Positions 18,295 to 28,326 are shown, counted from the first letter of the stretch. The stretch: 64,000 nt of DNA from an uncultured virus (IMG/VR IMGVR_UViG_3300034023_001061) (IMGVR_UViG_3300034023_001061); one strand, 5' to 3'. Numbers and translations: made by a program. The notes: generated by a model from the sequence alone, not told the origin.

Positions 18295-18843
18295 CTACCG
18301 CCGCTCCGACACCCGATCCGAAACCACACGCCAGTCGACCAGCCGGTCGAAGAACGCCTCGCACCACGCGCGCCTGTTCGGCCCGCGATCGAGGTAGTAG
18401 GCGTGCTCCCACACGTCGAGGGGGAGCACCGCGCGGCCCCACTGAGCCCGCGTGCCGTGGTTGTGGGCCAACTCGACGAACAGCCGCCCACGCTCCGCGG
18501 AGAGCAGCGCCCATCCGCTGCCTTGCGACGCGAGCGCCGTGCGGATCATCGCCTCGCGCAGCGCGGCGTACCCACCGAACTCGCGGTCGACCATGCGGGC
18601 GAGCGGCCCGACGGGAGGCCCGCCGCCGAACGGCGAGAGCGACGGCCACAACAGCGTGTGCAGCACGTTCCCGCCGAGGTTGAACTCGAACGACTCCGAC
18701 GTGAGCCCGCCACGATTCAGCGCGGCGACGTAGTTCGCGTGCAAAACGTCGTGGTGGAACGTCATCGTGTCGCGCGAGACGAACGGTTGCAGCGCGTCGT
18801 AGGCGTAGGGCAGCGGCGGGAGCGTGTACATCGCGGCGTGCAT
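18295..18843 (-). CDS. sod: Fe/Mn superoxide dismutase
   Basis: YTLPPLPYAYDALQP, FHHDVLH, GSGW and DVWEHAYY signature. Confidence 0.92.
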   Translation of the reverse strand: MHAAMYTLPPLPYAYDALQPFVSRDTMTFHHDVLHANYVAALNRGGLTSESFEFNLGGNVLHTLLWPSLSPFGGGPPVGPLARMVDREFGGYAALREAMIRTALASQGSGWALLSAERGRLFVELAHNHGTRAQWGRAVLPLDVWEHAYYLDRGPNRRAWCEAFFDRLVDWRVVSDRVSERR

Positions 18844-18866
18844 CCTACCGCGTCGGCGCGAGCGAC

Positions 18867-19625
18867 TCAAGGAGTCGCGGCGAGCCGTCGTACGGCACGG
18901 ACGGCCCATGCTTCGCCGCAGAACGCGGGCGCGAGGTACTCCCACGGGAGCCACGCGGACCCACCGTCGCACCACGTAGAATTCCACGAATTAACGATCC
19001 GCACGCAGCGCATCGGAATATCGTAGCCAACGACCAGCATCGCGTGCCCGCCGACGGTGTAGCCCCACGGCTCCTCGATCACGTCGCCCGTCGCCTGCTC
19101 GAACGATTGCGGGATCGAAATCCCGACGACGACGGGGTGCCCCGACGCGATCTCCCACAAAATTGCATCCACCTCGATCGCGAGCGCCTCCGCGTTCACC
19201 ACGCGCGGCGCATCGGCGGGGAGGGGCGGGGGCTCCTCCATCCATTGCGGCCCCCACACGGGCTTGTGAGGCCACTGCGCTTCGGGCAACCACCCCGCGC
19301 GCAGCGCCTTCACGCCGTCAGCGATAAGGCACCCGTGGTCGAGCCCCGTGGTGCCCTCCATCGCCCGCGCGCGGTAGTACACGTCCTTGCGCGACGGCAC
19401 ATCATCTTCGTAGCGCGCGTTCGCGAGCACGATGCGGACGGACTGCGCGAGCGCCTGCGCGACGCACGACCCGACGGCGCCCTGATCGAAAACGTCGTGC
19501 GGCACGCCCTTGAGGAGCACGGCGGGCGGGAGCGTGTCGCGGGCGTTGCTAGGAGCGTGCGAGACGCCAGCGTACGTGCGACCGACGGATGCGGGGGAGA
19601 TCCAGCCGAAGTTTCGGATGTTCAC
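18867..19625 (-). CDS. papain-like cysteine protease (peptidase C1A)
   Basis: DQGAVGSCVAQA, GGHAMLVVGYD and VNSW...W..GG. Confidence 0.9.
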   Translation of the reverse strand: MNIRNFGWISPASVGRTYAGVSHAPSNARDTLPPAVLLKGVPHDVFDQGAVGSCVAQALAQSVRIVLANARYEDDVPSRKDVYYRARAMEGTTGLDHGCLIADGVKALRAGWLPEAQWPHKPVWGPQWMEEPPPLPADAPRVVNAEALAIEVDAILWEIASGHPVVVGISIPQSFEQATGDVIEEPWGYTVGGHAMLVVGYDIPMRCVRIVNSWNSTWCDGGSAWLPWEYLAPAFCGEAWAVRAVRRLAATP

Positions 19626-19634
19626 GCGAAGAGT

Positions 19635-20237
19635 CTACCGCCGACCGCGCGAGTTGCCTACGCGATTCCGGCGAACGTCGCGATCGTGCTGGCGTCGGGC
19701 GGCGCGGTTCGGTGCGACGTTCGCGTACGGCGACGGCACCATCATGGTCGCGTGCGGGTCGCTGACGTGCTGGAGCGAGTCGAGAACTACGATGCGATCG
19801 TCGCCGTATGCTGAGAGCGCGACCGCTGCACGGGCCATCGCCGCGGGGCCGACGGCGTGCGCGACGCGATCGAACGTGGCGTCGAGAGACGCATCGTCGA
19901 GCCCGATCGCTGCGAGTTCCGCTTGCTCCGGCGCGTTGCGCTCGTTGTGTACGCGGAACCCCGTGACGCCGTGATCGGTCGCGCAGCACGATTCCGCGCA
20001 CGGCATCCCGTGCCCGCATACGGCGCACGGCGGGGCGTCGGGCGCGAGGTTGTAGTCGCACTCGCAGCACGTAATGCACACGCGCCCGCAGCCGCCGCAC
20101 GGCGGGTAGCGTTGCGAGTCCCACGTTGCCGGGGGCCACACGGCGCCGCACGGGCATCGCGCTGGCAGGAACTCGTCGTGCGCCACCGGGCACGCCACGT
20201 CGATGAAACCGGGAACGGTACAGGTGCAGTTGTTCAC
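19635..20237 (-). CDS. Cys-rich hypothetical protein
   Basis: GTGA overlap; many Cys pairs. Confidence 0.5.
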   Translation of the reverse strand: MNNCTCTVPGFIDVACPVAHDEFLPARCPCGAVWPPATWDSQRYPPCGGCGRVCITCCECDYNLAPDAPPCAVCGHGMPCAESCCATDHGVTGFRVHNERNAPEQAELAAIGLDDASLDATFDRVAHAVGPAAMARAAVALSAYGDDRIVVLDSLQHVSDPHATMMVPSPYANVAPNRAARRQHDRDVRRNRVGNSRGRR

Positions 20238-20851
20238 GTTTGCTCGCTCACTGCGTAGGGGCCGTGCGTCGGGCCGGTGTCCTTCGCGCGTTGCAGGCGC
20301 TCGATCACCTCGTGGATCGCGCGGTGCCACGTTTCGTCGCTCATGCCGTCGGGCGTGCCGCCCCGCTGCATCGACGCGAGGCGCGTGAACCACCCGCCGA
20401 GCATCTCGTCGCGGAGAATCTCCGACGGCGTGCGCGCGTCGGGTCGCGGCTCGTTCGGCGCGTAGCCGCCGAGGTCTTCGTCGCCCGTGCGTCGGCGAAC
20501 GTTCTTCGATTGCCCGACGGCGACGCGCGCGGCGAACAGAAGGCAACCGGGCGCGTGCCAGTCTTCGTCGAGTGCTTCAGGCACGCCCCACCAGCACGCA
20601 TCGCACTCGGGACACTGCACCGTTTGATCGGCGGCGAAGTAGCAGAACGGGAGCGCGTGCGCGAGCATCGCGCGGTAGTCGGGCGGCGGGTTCGCCGCTG
20701 CGGCCCGCGCCTCGATTGTCCACGGGGAGCACTGCGGGCACGGGATCAGGTTGAACACGCCGTCGCCCTCCGCGATGCGATCGTTCGCGAAGTCCCACCG
20801 CACCGCGCCCTTGTGGTCGCAGTGTTCGCAGCCGTCTCCGCTGATGCTCAT
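20234..20851 (-). CDS. hypothetical protein with CxxC motifs
   Basis: GAGGA RBS; CEHC, CPQC and CPEC. Confidence 0.6.
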   Translation of the reverse strand: MSISGDGCEHCDHKGAVRWDFANDRIAEGDGVFNLIPCPQCSPWTIEARAAAANPPPDYRAMLAHALPFCYFAADQTVQCPECDACWWGVPEALDEDWHAPGCLLFAARVAVGQSKNVRRRTGDEDLGGYAPNEPRPDARTPSEILRDEMLGGWFTRLASMQRGGTPDGMSDETWHRAIHEVIERLQRAKDTGPTHGPYAVSEQT

Positions 20852-21174
20852 TTTGTATCCTCGATCGGTTCGTGGTCGGCGGTGAGGGGGCGCCACTCGC
20901 AGCGTTCGGAGGCGAACCAGTCGAGCCGGTCGCAGTCGTTGTCGCTCCCGTGCAGGAGCATCGCCTGCGCGTGCCCCGACACGGGGTGAACGTGAAGGCA
21001 CGCCACGCCCCCGTAGAACTGCGGGAACGTGTCGCAGCGATAGCGGAACTGCCACAACCCCATCGGGGCCGTCGTCTCGCATCCCTTGACGCTCGCGGTG
21101 TGCCAGCGATGCGCGGTCGCGTGAGCGGTCACCTCCGCGGCGGTCGGGCGGCGTGGCATCCACGGGGCGCTCAC
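20848..21174 (-). CDS. hypothetical protein
   Basis: overlapping start/stop; PTAAEVTAH resembles PTPAEIAEH in the ORF ending at 41237. Confidence 0.55.
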   Translation of the reverse strand: MSAPWMPRRPTAAEVTAHATAHRWHTASVKGCETTAPMGLWQFRYRCDTFPQFYGGVACLHVHPVSGHAQAMLLHGSDNDCDRLDWFASERCEWRPLTADHEPIEDTK

Positions 21175-21515
21175 GCGGGCACCTTCGCCCACTCGCGCGC
21201 GAGGCGCAGCGCCTCTTCTGGCGTCGCCACGGTGTCGTCGCGCACGGCGGCATCGTCCGCGTTGAGAATCCACGCGTCAATCAACCCGATGCCGAAGTTC
21301 GGGTCGCGCGCCCCGGCTGCGAGAACGCAGAGCACCCCGTCTTCGTCGTTGACCGTGATCGTGTGGCAGTTGCCGTGCTCCGCGAGGCACCACGAGGCGT
21401 AGTCGTGCCCGTACTCACGAACGTCGTCGGCGTCGAACCGATGGTGCGGTTCGCCGAGCGCGGCGATGAACAGCGGAAGCACGGAGTCGAACGTGTGCGT
21501 TGACTGCGATGGCAT
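21171..21515 (-). CDS. hypothetical protein
   Basis: codon pattern; promoter-like CGTATAC just before ATG. Confidence 0.6.
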   Translation of the reverse strand: MPSQSTHTFDSVLPLFIAALGEPHHRFDADDVREYGHDYASWCLAEHGNCHTITVNDEDGVLCVLAAGARDPNFGIGLIDAWILNADDAAVRDDTVATPEEALRLAREWAKVPA

Positions 21516-21546
21516 GGAACGTATACGCGCGACGCTCGCGCGTTAT

Positions 21547-22128
21547 TCAGTGGCGCTGCGGGGAGAGGTTGTCGAGGTCGCGGCGGAGCACGATCCCGCG
21601 GCGGCTCGCGTCGCGCTCGACGGCGGCGAGTTGCGAGTTCACCCGGTCGCCGTTGCTCGACCACCCCGCGTCACTGGCGCAGCGCGGCGTGAGGGCGTCG
21701 GCGATGCTCCCCACCGAGTCGGCGACGCGACCGATCGTGTTGCCGAGACCGAGGCCCGCGTCGGCGAGCACCGAGGCGAGGCTCACGATCGCGGAGTGCA
21801 GCCCGCCGACGGCGGCGTGCGCGGCGCACTGGTCACCACCGCGAGCATCGTAGGCGTCGAGCGCGTCGTTGAAGCGCGTGGCGGCGTCGGTGAGCGCGAC
21901 GAGCGCGCGATCCGCCACGGCGCGGAAGGGCTCCGGCACCACGGCGGCGACGATGGCACGGGCGGCGGGCACGCACCACTGGAGCGTTGCGAGCACGGTG
22001 CGGGCCGTGTCGGTCCACCCGCCGACGAGCGACGGGTTCGTGGGCGAAGGGCGCGGCTTCGGGCACGCGGCGACGAAAACGAGGGTGAGCGCGAGGGAGA
22101 ATGCGGCGAGGCGACGACGGTTGAACAT
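21547..22128 (-). CDS. putative lipoprotein
   Basis: MFNRRR + hydrophobic stretch + lipobox VAAC; GTGACA-18-TACGTT-6-ATG. Confidence 0.7.
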   Translation of the reverse strand: MFNRRRLAAFSLALTLVFVAACPKPRPSPTNPSLVGGWTDTARTVLATLQWCVPAARAIVAAVVPEPFRAVADRALVALTDAATRFNDALDAYDARGGDQCAAHAAVGGLHSAIVSLASVLADAGLGLGNTIGRVADSVGSIADALTPRCASDAGWSSNGDRVNSQLAAVERDASRRGIVLRRDLDNLSPQRH

Positions 22129-22217
22129 GGCGCGAACGTAACCGATTGCGGCGCGACGTGTCACGCGCAATACGCGGTTGCGTTCTGGCGTCGTTCGTGT
22201 AGCGTCGCAGACTTGCC

Positions 22218-23114
22218 GTGAGGATCGCCACCTACAACGTGCATGGCTGGGTCGATGCCGAGATGGCACCGAACGCAACGCGCGTCGTTTCGTTGCTTCG
22301 TAAGATCGATGCCGACGTGATCGCTCTGCAAGAAGTGACGCGAGGCTTCGGTTTCGACGTGCCGGACGATTGGTACGACTCCGACGAAGAGTTAGCTCCC
22401 GGCTACGTTCGCCCTGATATCCTAGAGGTAGCATCGGCACTCAGGATGCACGCGGTGATCGCTCCTGCCGGGTGGGGAGCAAACGTTTTGCTGGCGAGGC
22501 AACGCCCCGTTGACACGCGATCGTTGTCCATAGGCGACGGCCCCGGTGGGCGGCGCAGCGCGGCCATTGCGACGATCGCGACGCCGATGGGCGACGTTGA
22601 CTTCGTAGCTACGCACCTTGACCCCGCAAGCGAGTCTGCGCGCGTAACTCAACTCCGAAACCTCGCGACGGTCGTCGGTGATCGCAAGGCCGTCATCATG
22701 GGCGATTTCAACGCCATACGGTTCTCCGACTACTCACAAAGTCGTCTCTACGATATCGCTCGCGAGCGCCGCGAGGCTGGCGTAGAGGAGCCATCGGAAT
22801 CGGTCATCCGGTCGGCCGACGCGCTGGGATGGATTGACCTCGCGAGACTTGCTGTTTCCGATTCCGCCGACGATTACTACCGATCGTTGTCGTCGCCGAT
22901 GCCGCGCAAAATGGCGACGACGAGTAACTTCGGCACGCGTGTCGACTATGTATGGGCCACGCGGTCGCTCGTAGATGCCGCGAAGGTGCGCGACGCGCGA
23001 ACGTTTGGCGGCGGAGTGTCCGATCATCGAGCGGTCGCCCTCACCATAACGTCCGACGTTGCGCGCGGTGCCGGTCGTCGTGTACTGTCACGACGTGGCA
23101 TCAAGAAAACCTAG
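22218..23114 (+). CDS. endonuclease/exonuclease/phosphatase (EEP) family protein
   Basis: IATYNV, DVIALQEV, THLD, MGDFN, RVDYVW and SDH motifs. Confidence 0.9.
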   Translation: MRIATYNVHGWVDAEMAPNATRVVSLLRKIDADVIALQEVTRGFGFDVPDDWYDSDEELAPGYVRPDILEVASALRMHAVIAPAGWGANVLLARQRPVDTRSLSIGDGPGGRRSAAIATIATPMGDVDFVATHLDPASESARVTQLRNLATVVGDRKAVIMGDFNAIRFSDYSQSRLYDIARERREAGVEEPSESVIRSADALGWIDLARLAVSDSADDYYRSLSSPMPRKMATTSNFGTRVDYVWATRSLVDAAKVRDARTFGGGVSDHRAVALTITSDVARGAGRRVLSRRGIKKT

Positions 23115-23817
23115 CGGCCCTACACCCGCAGAAGTTCGTGCGATCGTCGAGTCGCTCGCGAGCGGTCGGCGCATCACGCGAGAACTCACCCGCACGGCGT
23201 CGTTCCGTCGCTGGTTCGGAAACAGCGCCGTCGCCGACGAAGGCGGCAACCCGATGGTTGTCTACCACGGCACAACGGCGTCGTTCGATGCGTTCGCACC
23301 GCACCATCGCAAGGGCGAGATGCTCGGCTTCGGTGTTCACTTCGCCGAAGACGTCGAACTCGCAGCGAAATACGCGTTCGAGACTGGTGTCGCGCGCAAG
23401 GGTTCCTCGCCGCGCCTGATCGCCGCGTTCCTCTCCGTGCAGTCACCGCTCTACGGCGACTCGATCGTGCCGGAGGGGACGCCCGAGTTCGCGCTTGCGA
23501 AGAAACTCTGGACCGTGCGGTTCTGGGCACCGCAGGACGCCGACGGCGTGCCGTGCGTGTACGTGCAAAACGCCATCGACAAGACCGACTCGAAGCGGGC
23601 GGAGAGGCTGATCCGTGACGCCGGTTACGACGGTGTTCGGTACATGGCATCGCTGAGAGCCGCCGCCGCGCCCGGACACGTTCGCGAGACGGGCCGAAGC
23701 CGATCGTGGATCGTATTCGAGCCGACGCAGATCAAGTCCGCGACGGACAACATCGGCACGTTCGATCCAGCGCACCCGTCTATCGTGAACCCTCCGCGCC
23801 GTCTGCGGCGACGATGA
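23095..23817 (+). CDS. ADP-ribosyltransferase-fold protein (ART-PolyVal-like) with C-terminal NP-basic tail
   Basis: FRRWFGNS...PMVVYHGT..FDAF...GVHFAE...GYDGV...IVFEPTQIKSATDNIGTFD; start supported by TTGCGC-18-TACTGT-6-GTG. Confidence 0.75.
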   Translation: MASRKPSGPTPAEVRAIVESLASGRRITRELTRTASFRRWFGNSAVADEGGNPMVVYHGTTASFDAFAPHHRKGEMLGFGVHFAEDVELAAKYAFETGVARKGSSPRLIAAFLSVQSPLYGDSIVPEGTPEFALAKKLWTVRFWAPQDADGVPCVYVQNAIDKTDSKRAERLIRDAGYDGVRYMASLRAAAAPGHVRETGRSRSWIVFEPTQIKSATDNIGTFDPAHPSIVNPPRRLRRR

Positions 23818-23892
23818 CCGCGCTCCCCGACGATATCGCGCGGACGATCGACGGGTGGGTTGACGGGCGCGGGACGGGTGCCGCGCCTCGGT

Positions 23893-24192
23893 TCACCCGA
23901 GCATCTTGAGCACGTCGTCCCAGCGGTCGGCGTGCTTGAGCAGCGCCTCCAGTACCGCGGGGCGAACGTGGCCCGCCAGCGCCAGCAACCGATCGGCGGC
24001 GGCACGCTTCATCCCCGATGCCGCAGCGATGGCGTCGAGCGTCTCCGCCTTCACAGTGCAGTGACCGACCTCGATCTTGCGGACGGTTACGGCGGAAACG
24101 TGCGCCTCCCGCGCCACCGCCAGCGCCGACTTGCCCGTTCGCTCGCGGGCCTTCTCCAGCAAGGCGCCCACCTTCGTACGATTATCGTTCAC
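23893..24192 (-). CDS. XRE-family helix-turn-helix regulator
   Basis: LLEKARERTGKSALAVAREAHVSAVTVRKIEVG; AAAGG RBS. Confidence 0.75.
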   Translation of the reverse strand: MNDNRTKVGALLEKARERTGKSALAVAREAHVSAVTVRKIEVGHCTVKAETLDAIAAASGMKRAAADRLLALAGHVRPAVLEALLKHADRWDDVLKMLG

Positions 24193-24247
24193 AACGGCTA
24201 CCTTTCGTGTTGCGTGCGGTTCTGGCGTAGTGTACGGTCCGGTTGCC

Positions 24248-25534
24248 GTGCTCATTCACCGCGGGTTCAAATATCGTTGCTATCCCACGCCGGAGCAAGT
24301 CGCGTTGCTCGACGACTGGCAGGGCAAGCAACGATTTCTGTGGAACGTCGCCAACGCGCAATACGAGCACGCGAGTTCGCGCTGCAAGACAGACAGTTGG
24401 CGTCGTCCAAACGCGTTCAGTCAGAGTTACGAGCTCACCGCGTTGCGGACTGAATACCGATGGTTAGTCGACGTTCCTCGCGACGTCCAAGTGCAGTTGC
24501 TCGTGGAACTTGACCTCGCGTGGCAACGTTTCTTCAAGGGGCTCGCCGACCGTCCGCAGTTCAAGCGCAAGGGAAAGCATCGAGCGCCCGTGATTGGTCC
24601 GAACCCGAAGTCATTTCGTCTCGAAGGGGAGGGCCGCAAGCGTCACGTTGTGTTCCCGAAACTCGGGCGCCTCGCAATCGTCTACCACCGCGACCCCGTC
24701 GGCAAGATGGCGAAGTGCGCTGTCACCCGCGATGGCGACGCGTGGTACGTGAGCATCGTGTGCGCCATCGAGGTTGACGACCCGCCCGTCTCGACGAAGC
24801 CGATCGTCGCGTACGATCGCGGCGTGACGAACACGATCGCGGGCAGCGACGGGAGCATCGTCAAGAACCCGAAGCACGCCGAACGGTCGGAGAAGCGAAC
24901 TAAACGTCTCCAGCGCGCCGCGGCGCGCAAGAAGAAGGGCAGCAAGAATCAGAAGAAGGCATACGCGCGCGTCGCAAGGGCGCAGCGTAGGGTGAAACGT
25001 CAGCGCACTCATTTTCTGCACGTCGAGTCGAAGAAGGTCGCCAAAAACCACGGCGTCGTCATCTTCGAGAAACTCAACCTGAAGAACATGACGAAGAGCG
25101 CGAAGGGCACCGTCGAGAAGCCGGGACGCAACGTCAGCGCGAAGTCCGCGCTGAATCGTGGCTTGCTCGGTGCGGCGCTCGGCGAGTTCAAGCGCATGGT
25201 CGCGTACAAGATCGTGGCCGAAGGCGGTCGCATCATCGAGGTTCCGCCCGCGTGGTCGTCGCAGACCTGCGCGGAGTGCGATCACGTCGATGCCGCGTCT
25301 CGCAAGGGCGAACGATTCAAGTGCACGGCGTGTGGTCACACCGACCACGCGGACGTGAATGCGGCAAGGGTACTTCTTGCACGAGGGATGCTCGTGCTCG
25401 CCGTGGAACCCACGGTGACAGTCTGTGGAGACGCGGGCGCCCGAGGCCGGTCGACGAAGCAGAAACTCCGCGTCGTGAGGCGCGGAACCCGTCGCAGCGG
25501 TGAGGCGAAAGCCCCGTCGCTCACGACGGGGTAG
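24248..25534 (+). CDS. tnpB: TnpB RNA-guided nuclease (IS200/IS605/IS607 family)
   Basis: FKYRCYPTPEQ N-terminus; RuvC residues in YDRG, FEKLN and HADVNAA; CAEC/CTAC zinc ribbon. Confidence 0.92.
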   Translation: MLIHRGFKYRCYPTPEQVALLDDWQGKQRFLWNVANAQYEHASSRCKTDSWRRPNAFSQSYELTALRTEYRWLVDVPRDVQVQLLVELDLAWQRFFKGLADRPQFKRKGKHRAPVIGPNPKSFRLEGEGRKRHVVFPKLGRLAIVYHRDPVGKMAKCAVTRDGDAWYVSIVCAIEVDDPPVSTKPIVAYDRGVTNTIAGSDGSIVKNPKHAERSEKRTKRLQRAAARKKKGSKNQKKAYARVARAQRRVKRQRTHFLHVESKKVAKNHGVVIFEKLNLKNMTKSAKGTVEKPGRNVSAKSALNRGLLGAALGEFKRMVAYKIVAEGGRIIEVPPAWSSQTCAECDHVDAASRKGERFKCTACGHTDHADVNAARVLLARGMLVLAVEPTVTVCGDAGARGRSTKQKLRVVRRGTRRSGEAKAPSLTTG

Positions 25535-25541
25535 CGTTTAC
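24248..25541 (+). mobile_element. tnpB-only IS-like element (left end not defined)
   Basis: 3' hairpin CCCCGTCG-CTCA-CGACGGGG then TAGCGTTTAC, typical of the right-end/omegaRNA region; no tnpA nearby. Confidence 0.65.
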
Positions 25542-25810
25542 GTTCTCAAGGAGTCGCTCTCAACGTCACCCACTCGCGCGAACTGCGCGCCGCCGCAAAC
25601 TCCGTCAAGGGCCTCGCCCGCCACCGCATTCACCTCGATCGCCGCAGCGTCGGCGACGAGACGCGGTATCACCGCCGTCGCAATCGCGGGCCGCGCTCGC
25701 GGCCACAGCACCCACGCAACGCCCGCTACTGCGAGCACCGCCCCCGAAGCAACGGCAACGCCCACCGCCACGTCGCGCGCCGCACCGTTCTTCTGCGACA
25801 CCCGCCTCAA
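25538..25810 (-). CDS. small membrane protein with RRVSQKNG N-terminus
   Basis: one TM helix; TTGA overlap with the upstream gene. Confidence 0.5.
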   Translation of the reverse strand: MRRVSQKNGAARDVAVGVAVASGAVLAVAGVAWVLWPRARPAIATAVIPRLVADAAAIEVNAVAGEALDGVCGGAQFARVGDVESDSLRT

Positions 25811-27435
25811 TCTTCACTCCACGCAAGCGTCACGAGCGTATTGTTGGCGTTGGCGCTCTGCGCTGCGACCGTGATGATCTCGCCTGGGAGCATGGCGATT
25901 CCGGTCTGCGCGAGGTCAACGTTAGCCGACCCGTTCGGCCCGACGTTCGATGCAAAGACTTGCACTCCGCCGCTCACTCCAGTGGAGGCAGTATCCACGG
26001 CCACGCTTGAAACGTTGGCATTGACGGGGATGAAGTTCGGCGTGCCAGCAAGCACCGGGTCACGGTAGAGCGTGAACACCGTCGGGCGAGAGCCGTCGCC
26101 TGCAAACGACAGGATCGTAAGCGTAACTTGCACCCTCGACGCGCGGTTCTGGAACGACCGCATCAGCATGATCGACAGGACCGGCGTGAGCGTGCCGGAA
26201 CTGATCGAACGCGATGCGCTCGTCGAGAAGCGAGGGTTCGTCGGCGCGTCGGTGCCTTGCAGAAACGTGGCGCCGGACGCTCCTTGAATCGCAACCGACG
26301 TCGTGCTGCCGACGTTCTGCGAGACCCATCGCACGGACGCGGACGGTTGCCTGAGAACGACCGCCGTTCGCGTGTTCGTGTTGCGTATCACGTTGACCAG
26401 AATAGGGAGCCCGGTGGTCTGGCTCTCGACGTAAAAAAACGCGTTGCCGAAGCCGAGGTACTGGTAGGCGATGCGGTAGACGTTGCCGAGCGATGGATTG
26501 AGAAGCATCCCCGATGGATTGCCCGCGTTGCCCGAGCCGTCGAGCGTGTCGACGTTCCACGCGGACTGCGGTGTGAACGATACGGCGTTGGCGACCGCAG
26601 CCGTCACGACCGCGCCGACACCGACCGCGGTGCTCGCGGTTAGCGAGACGGTGCCCACCGCCGCGTTGCACTGCCGCGCGACGAAGTACACCACGGAGTC
26701 GATCGCCTGCGCGTCCCATCCCTGCCCCGCGTTCGCGTAGTTGCCCTGCGCGATCTCCCACGCGGTCGTGATGGTGCTCGCACCGTTCGTGACGGCGACG
26801 CTCACGGGCGTGCCGTCGAGCGTGACGGTGACGTTTTCCGCGGTCGATGATTTCGTTGTGATCGTGAGCGTCTGTATCGCCCGAGTCCCGTTCGAGACGT
26901 GAACGATTCCGAACGCACTCCCGCCGTTGTAACCGAAGTAGTAGCCCGACTCAGCGTTGCCGCCGCCAGCCCATTGCCGGTTGTTCGTGACGGGGGCGGC
27001 GAAGATCGCGGTGAGTTCGACGAGCGAGCCTTGCCCCGGATGGTACGTGATTGCTCGCCTCGACTGGAGCACCGAGTAGCCCGTGGCAGACGTCCCACAC
27101 CCGGCCGATGCGATCCCGCTTGCAACCGACACACTCGCGCCCGTGCCGTACGAGACCGATCGCCACGTATCGGTGTTGATTCCGTAGACGAAAGCACCCT
27201 GAGCCATTGGATAGAGTCCGACCGCTTGGAGCTCCCCAAATGCCGTGAGGGGGCCAGCGATCGTCGCGGACACGTTCCCCGAAACCGGCTGCGTGACACC
27301 GCTTCCATCGGTCGAGAGGCGCCCGCCCACCAGCGCAGCGGGGAGTTGCGTCGTGCTCACCGGGAGCGGGTCCGGCAGCGTAACGACCACGGCACCCGAA
27401 ACCGGACCACCTACAGTGCGCGCCAGTTCGCTCAC
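25807..27435 (-). CDS. putative virion spike/fibre structural protein, beta-rich
   Basis: Ser/Thr/Gly/Val-rich; QSAWNVDTLDGSG...PSG...YQYLGFG resembles phage structural proteins. Confidence 0.6.
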   Translation of the reverse strand: MSELARTVGGPVSGAVVVTLPDPLPVSTTQLPAALVGGRLSTDGSGVTQPVSGNVSATIAGPLTAFGELQAVGLYPMAQGAFVYGINTDTWRSVSYGTGASVSVASGIASAGCGTSATGYSVLQSRRAITYHPGQGSLVELTAIFAAPVTNNRQWAGGGNAESGYYFGYNGGSAFGIVHVSNGTRAIQTLTITTKSSTAENVTVTLDGTPVSVAVTNGASTITTAWEIAQGNYANAGQGWDAQAIDSVVYFVARQCNAAVGTVSLTASTAVGVGAVVTAAVANAVSFTPQSAWNVDTLDGSGNAGNPSGMLLNPSLGNVYRIAYQYLGFGNAFFYVESQTTGLPILVNVIRNTNTRTAVVLRQPSASVRWVSQNVGSTTSVAIQGASGATFLQGTDAPTNPRFSTSASRSISSGTLTPVLSIMLMRSFQNRASRVQVTLTILSFAGDGSRPTVFTLYRDPVLAGTPNFIPVNANVSSVAVDTASTGVSGGVQVFASNVGPNGSANVDLAQTGIAMLPGEIITVAAQSANANNTLVTLAWSED

Positions 27436-27887
27436 GTTACGCTCCCTCCGCCGTAGACCGACACCGTGCCCGGTAGCGCGCCGTCCACATCGGCCATCCT
27501 CACGCGCAACCAGAAGTGACACGAGACGTCGATGATATCGGGCCACGACGTCGAGAACGTCGTGCCCGCGCCCGACGGCGACACGGGCTTCACGCGCTCG
27601 GTGTATGCAGTGATCGCGCCGACGGCGAACGACGCCCCGTCAAGGATCAACTGCGGGCGCCAGTCGGCGTCCGTGGTCGGCGGCGAGGTGGTCGGTGACC
27701 GCGAGATGTCGACCGCGATGATCGGTGAGCCCGTGCCCCCGCCGCCGTTCGCCACGTAGAGCACGTCGACCGCCGCCCGCGTGAAGTTCGCCACGCAGAA
27801 AACGGCGCCGACTTGCACGATCGTGCCCGTGAGCGCGACATTGCTCGCGATCGTGAAGAACGGCGAGAGTTTCTGGAGCGCAAGCAT
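27432..27887 (-). CDS. putative small beta-sandwich structural protein
   Basis: beta-rich composition; GTGA overlap with the fibre-like gene. Confidence 0.55.
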   Translation of the reverse strand: MLALQKLSPFFTIASNVALTGTIVQVGAVFCVANFTRAAVDVLYVANGGGGTGSPIIAVDISRSPTTSPPTTDADWRPQLILDGASFAVGAITAYTERVKPVSPSGAGTTFSTSWPDIIDVSCHFWLRVRMADVDGALPGTVSVYGGGSVT

Positions 27888-27945
27888 GTCGCGGGTAGGT
27901 TAACACACGTTCCGCCGCCGACGTACCCCCCCCTGTTCCTGGGGG

Positions 27946-28326
27946 TCACTCGGCGGCAGACTTCGCCTCCGACGGCGCGGGCGCGACGTTCTCCTCGCGC
28001 TCCGCAGCGGGCACCACCTCGACGGGCACACTCGACGCCACGAGGGCGCGCAGGCGAGCGAGTTCGGCGTCGCGTGGGTCGTCGAGCACGGTGCCACCGG
28101 GGAGCTTCGTGGTGCCGGTTTCGTCGTGGAACCGGGCGTGCCCGAACCAGTGCAGCGCGCGGACGATGCGCCCGTAGCGCGGGTGATCGACGGCGCTCTT
28201 CGGGAGTTGCGCGATGATCTGCGAGGCGATGATCTGCGCGACGCCGACGATCGACACGATCGCAACGACGGTGGGGCGATGCGCTTCGGGGATCACCGCG
28301 AGAATGGGGGCCAGTAGGTCGGTCAT
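27946..28326 (-). CDS. small membrane protein (holin-like?)
   Basis: hydrophobic VVAIVSIVGVAQIIASQII; charged C-terminus. Confidence 0.5.
   Translation of the reverse strand: MTDLLAPILAVIPEAHRPTVVAIVSIVGVAQIIASQIIAQLPKSAVDHPRYGRIVRALHWFGHARFHDETGTTKLPGGTVLDDPRDAELARLRALVASSVPVEVVPAAEREENVAPAPSEAKSAAE

Noticed and set aside
18866..18878. 13-nt match (CTCAAGGAGTCGC) to the predicted TnpB guide
   Set aside because: The first three guide bases do not match, and the site is a hairpin at a gene end; chance cannot be excluded.
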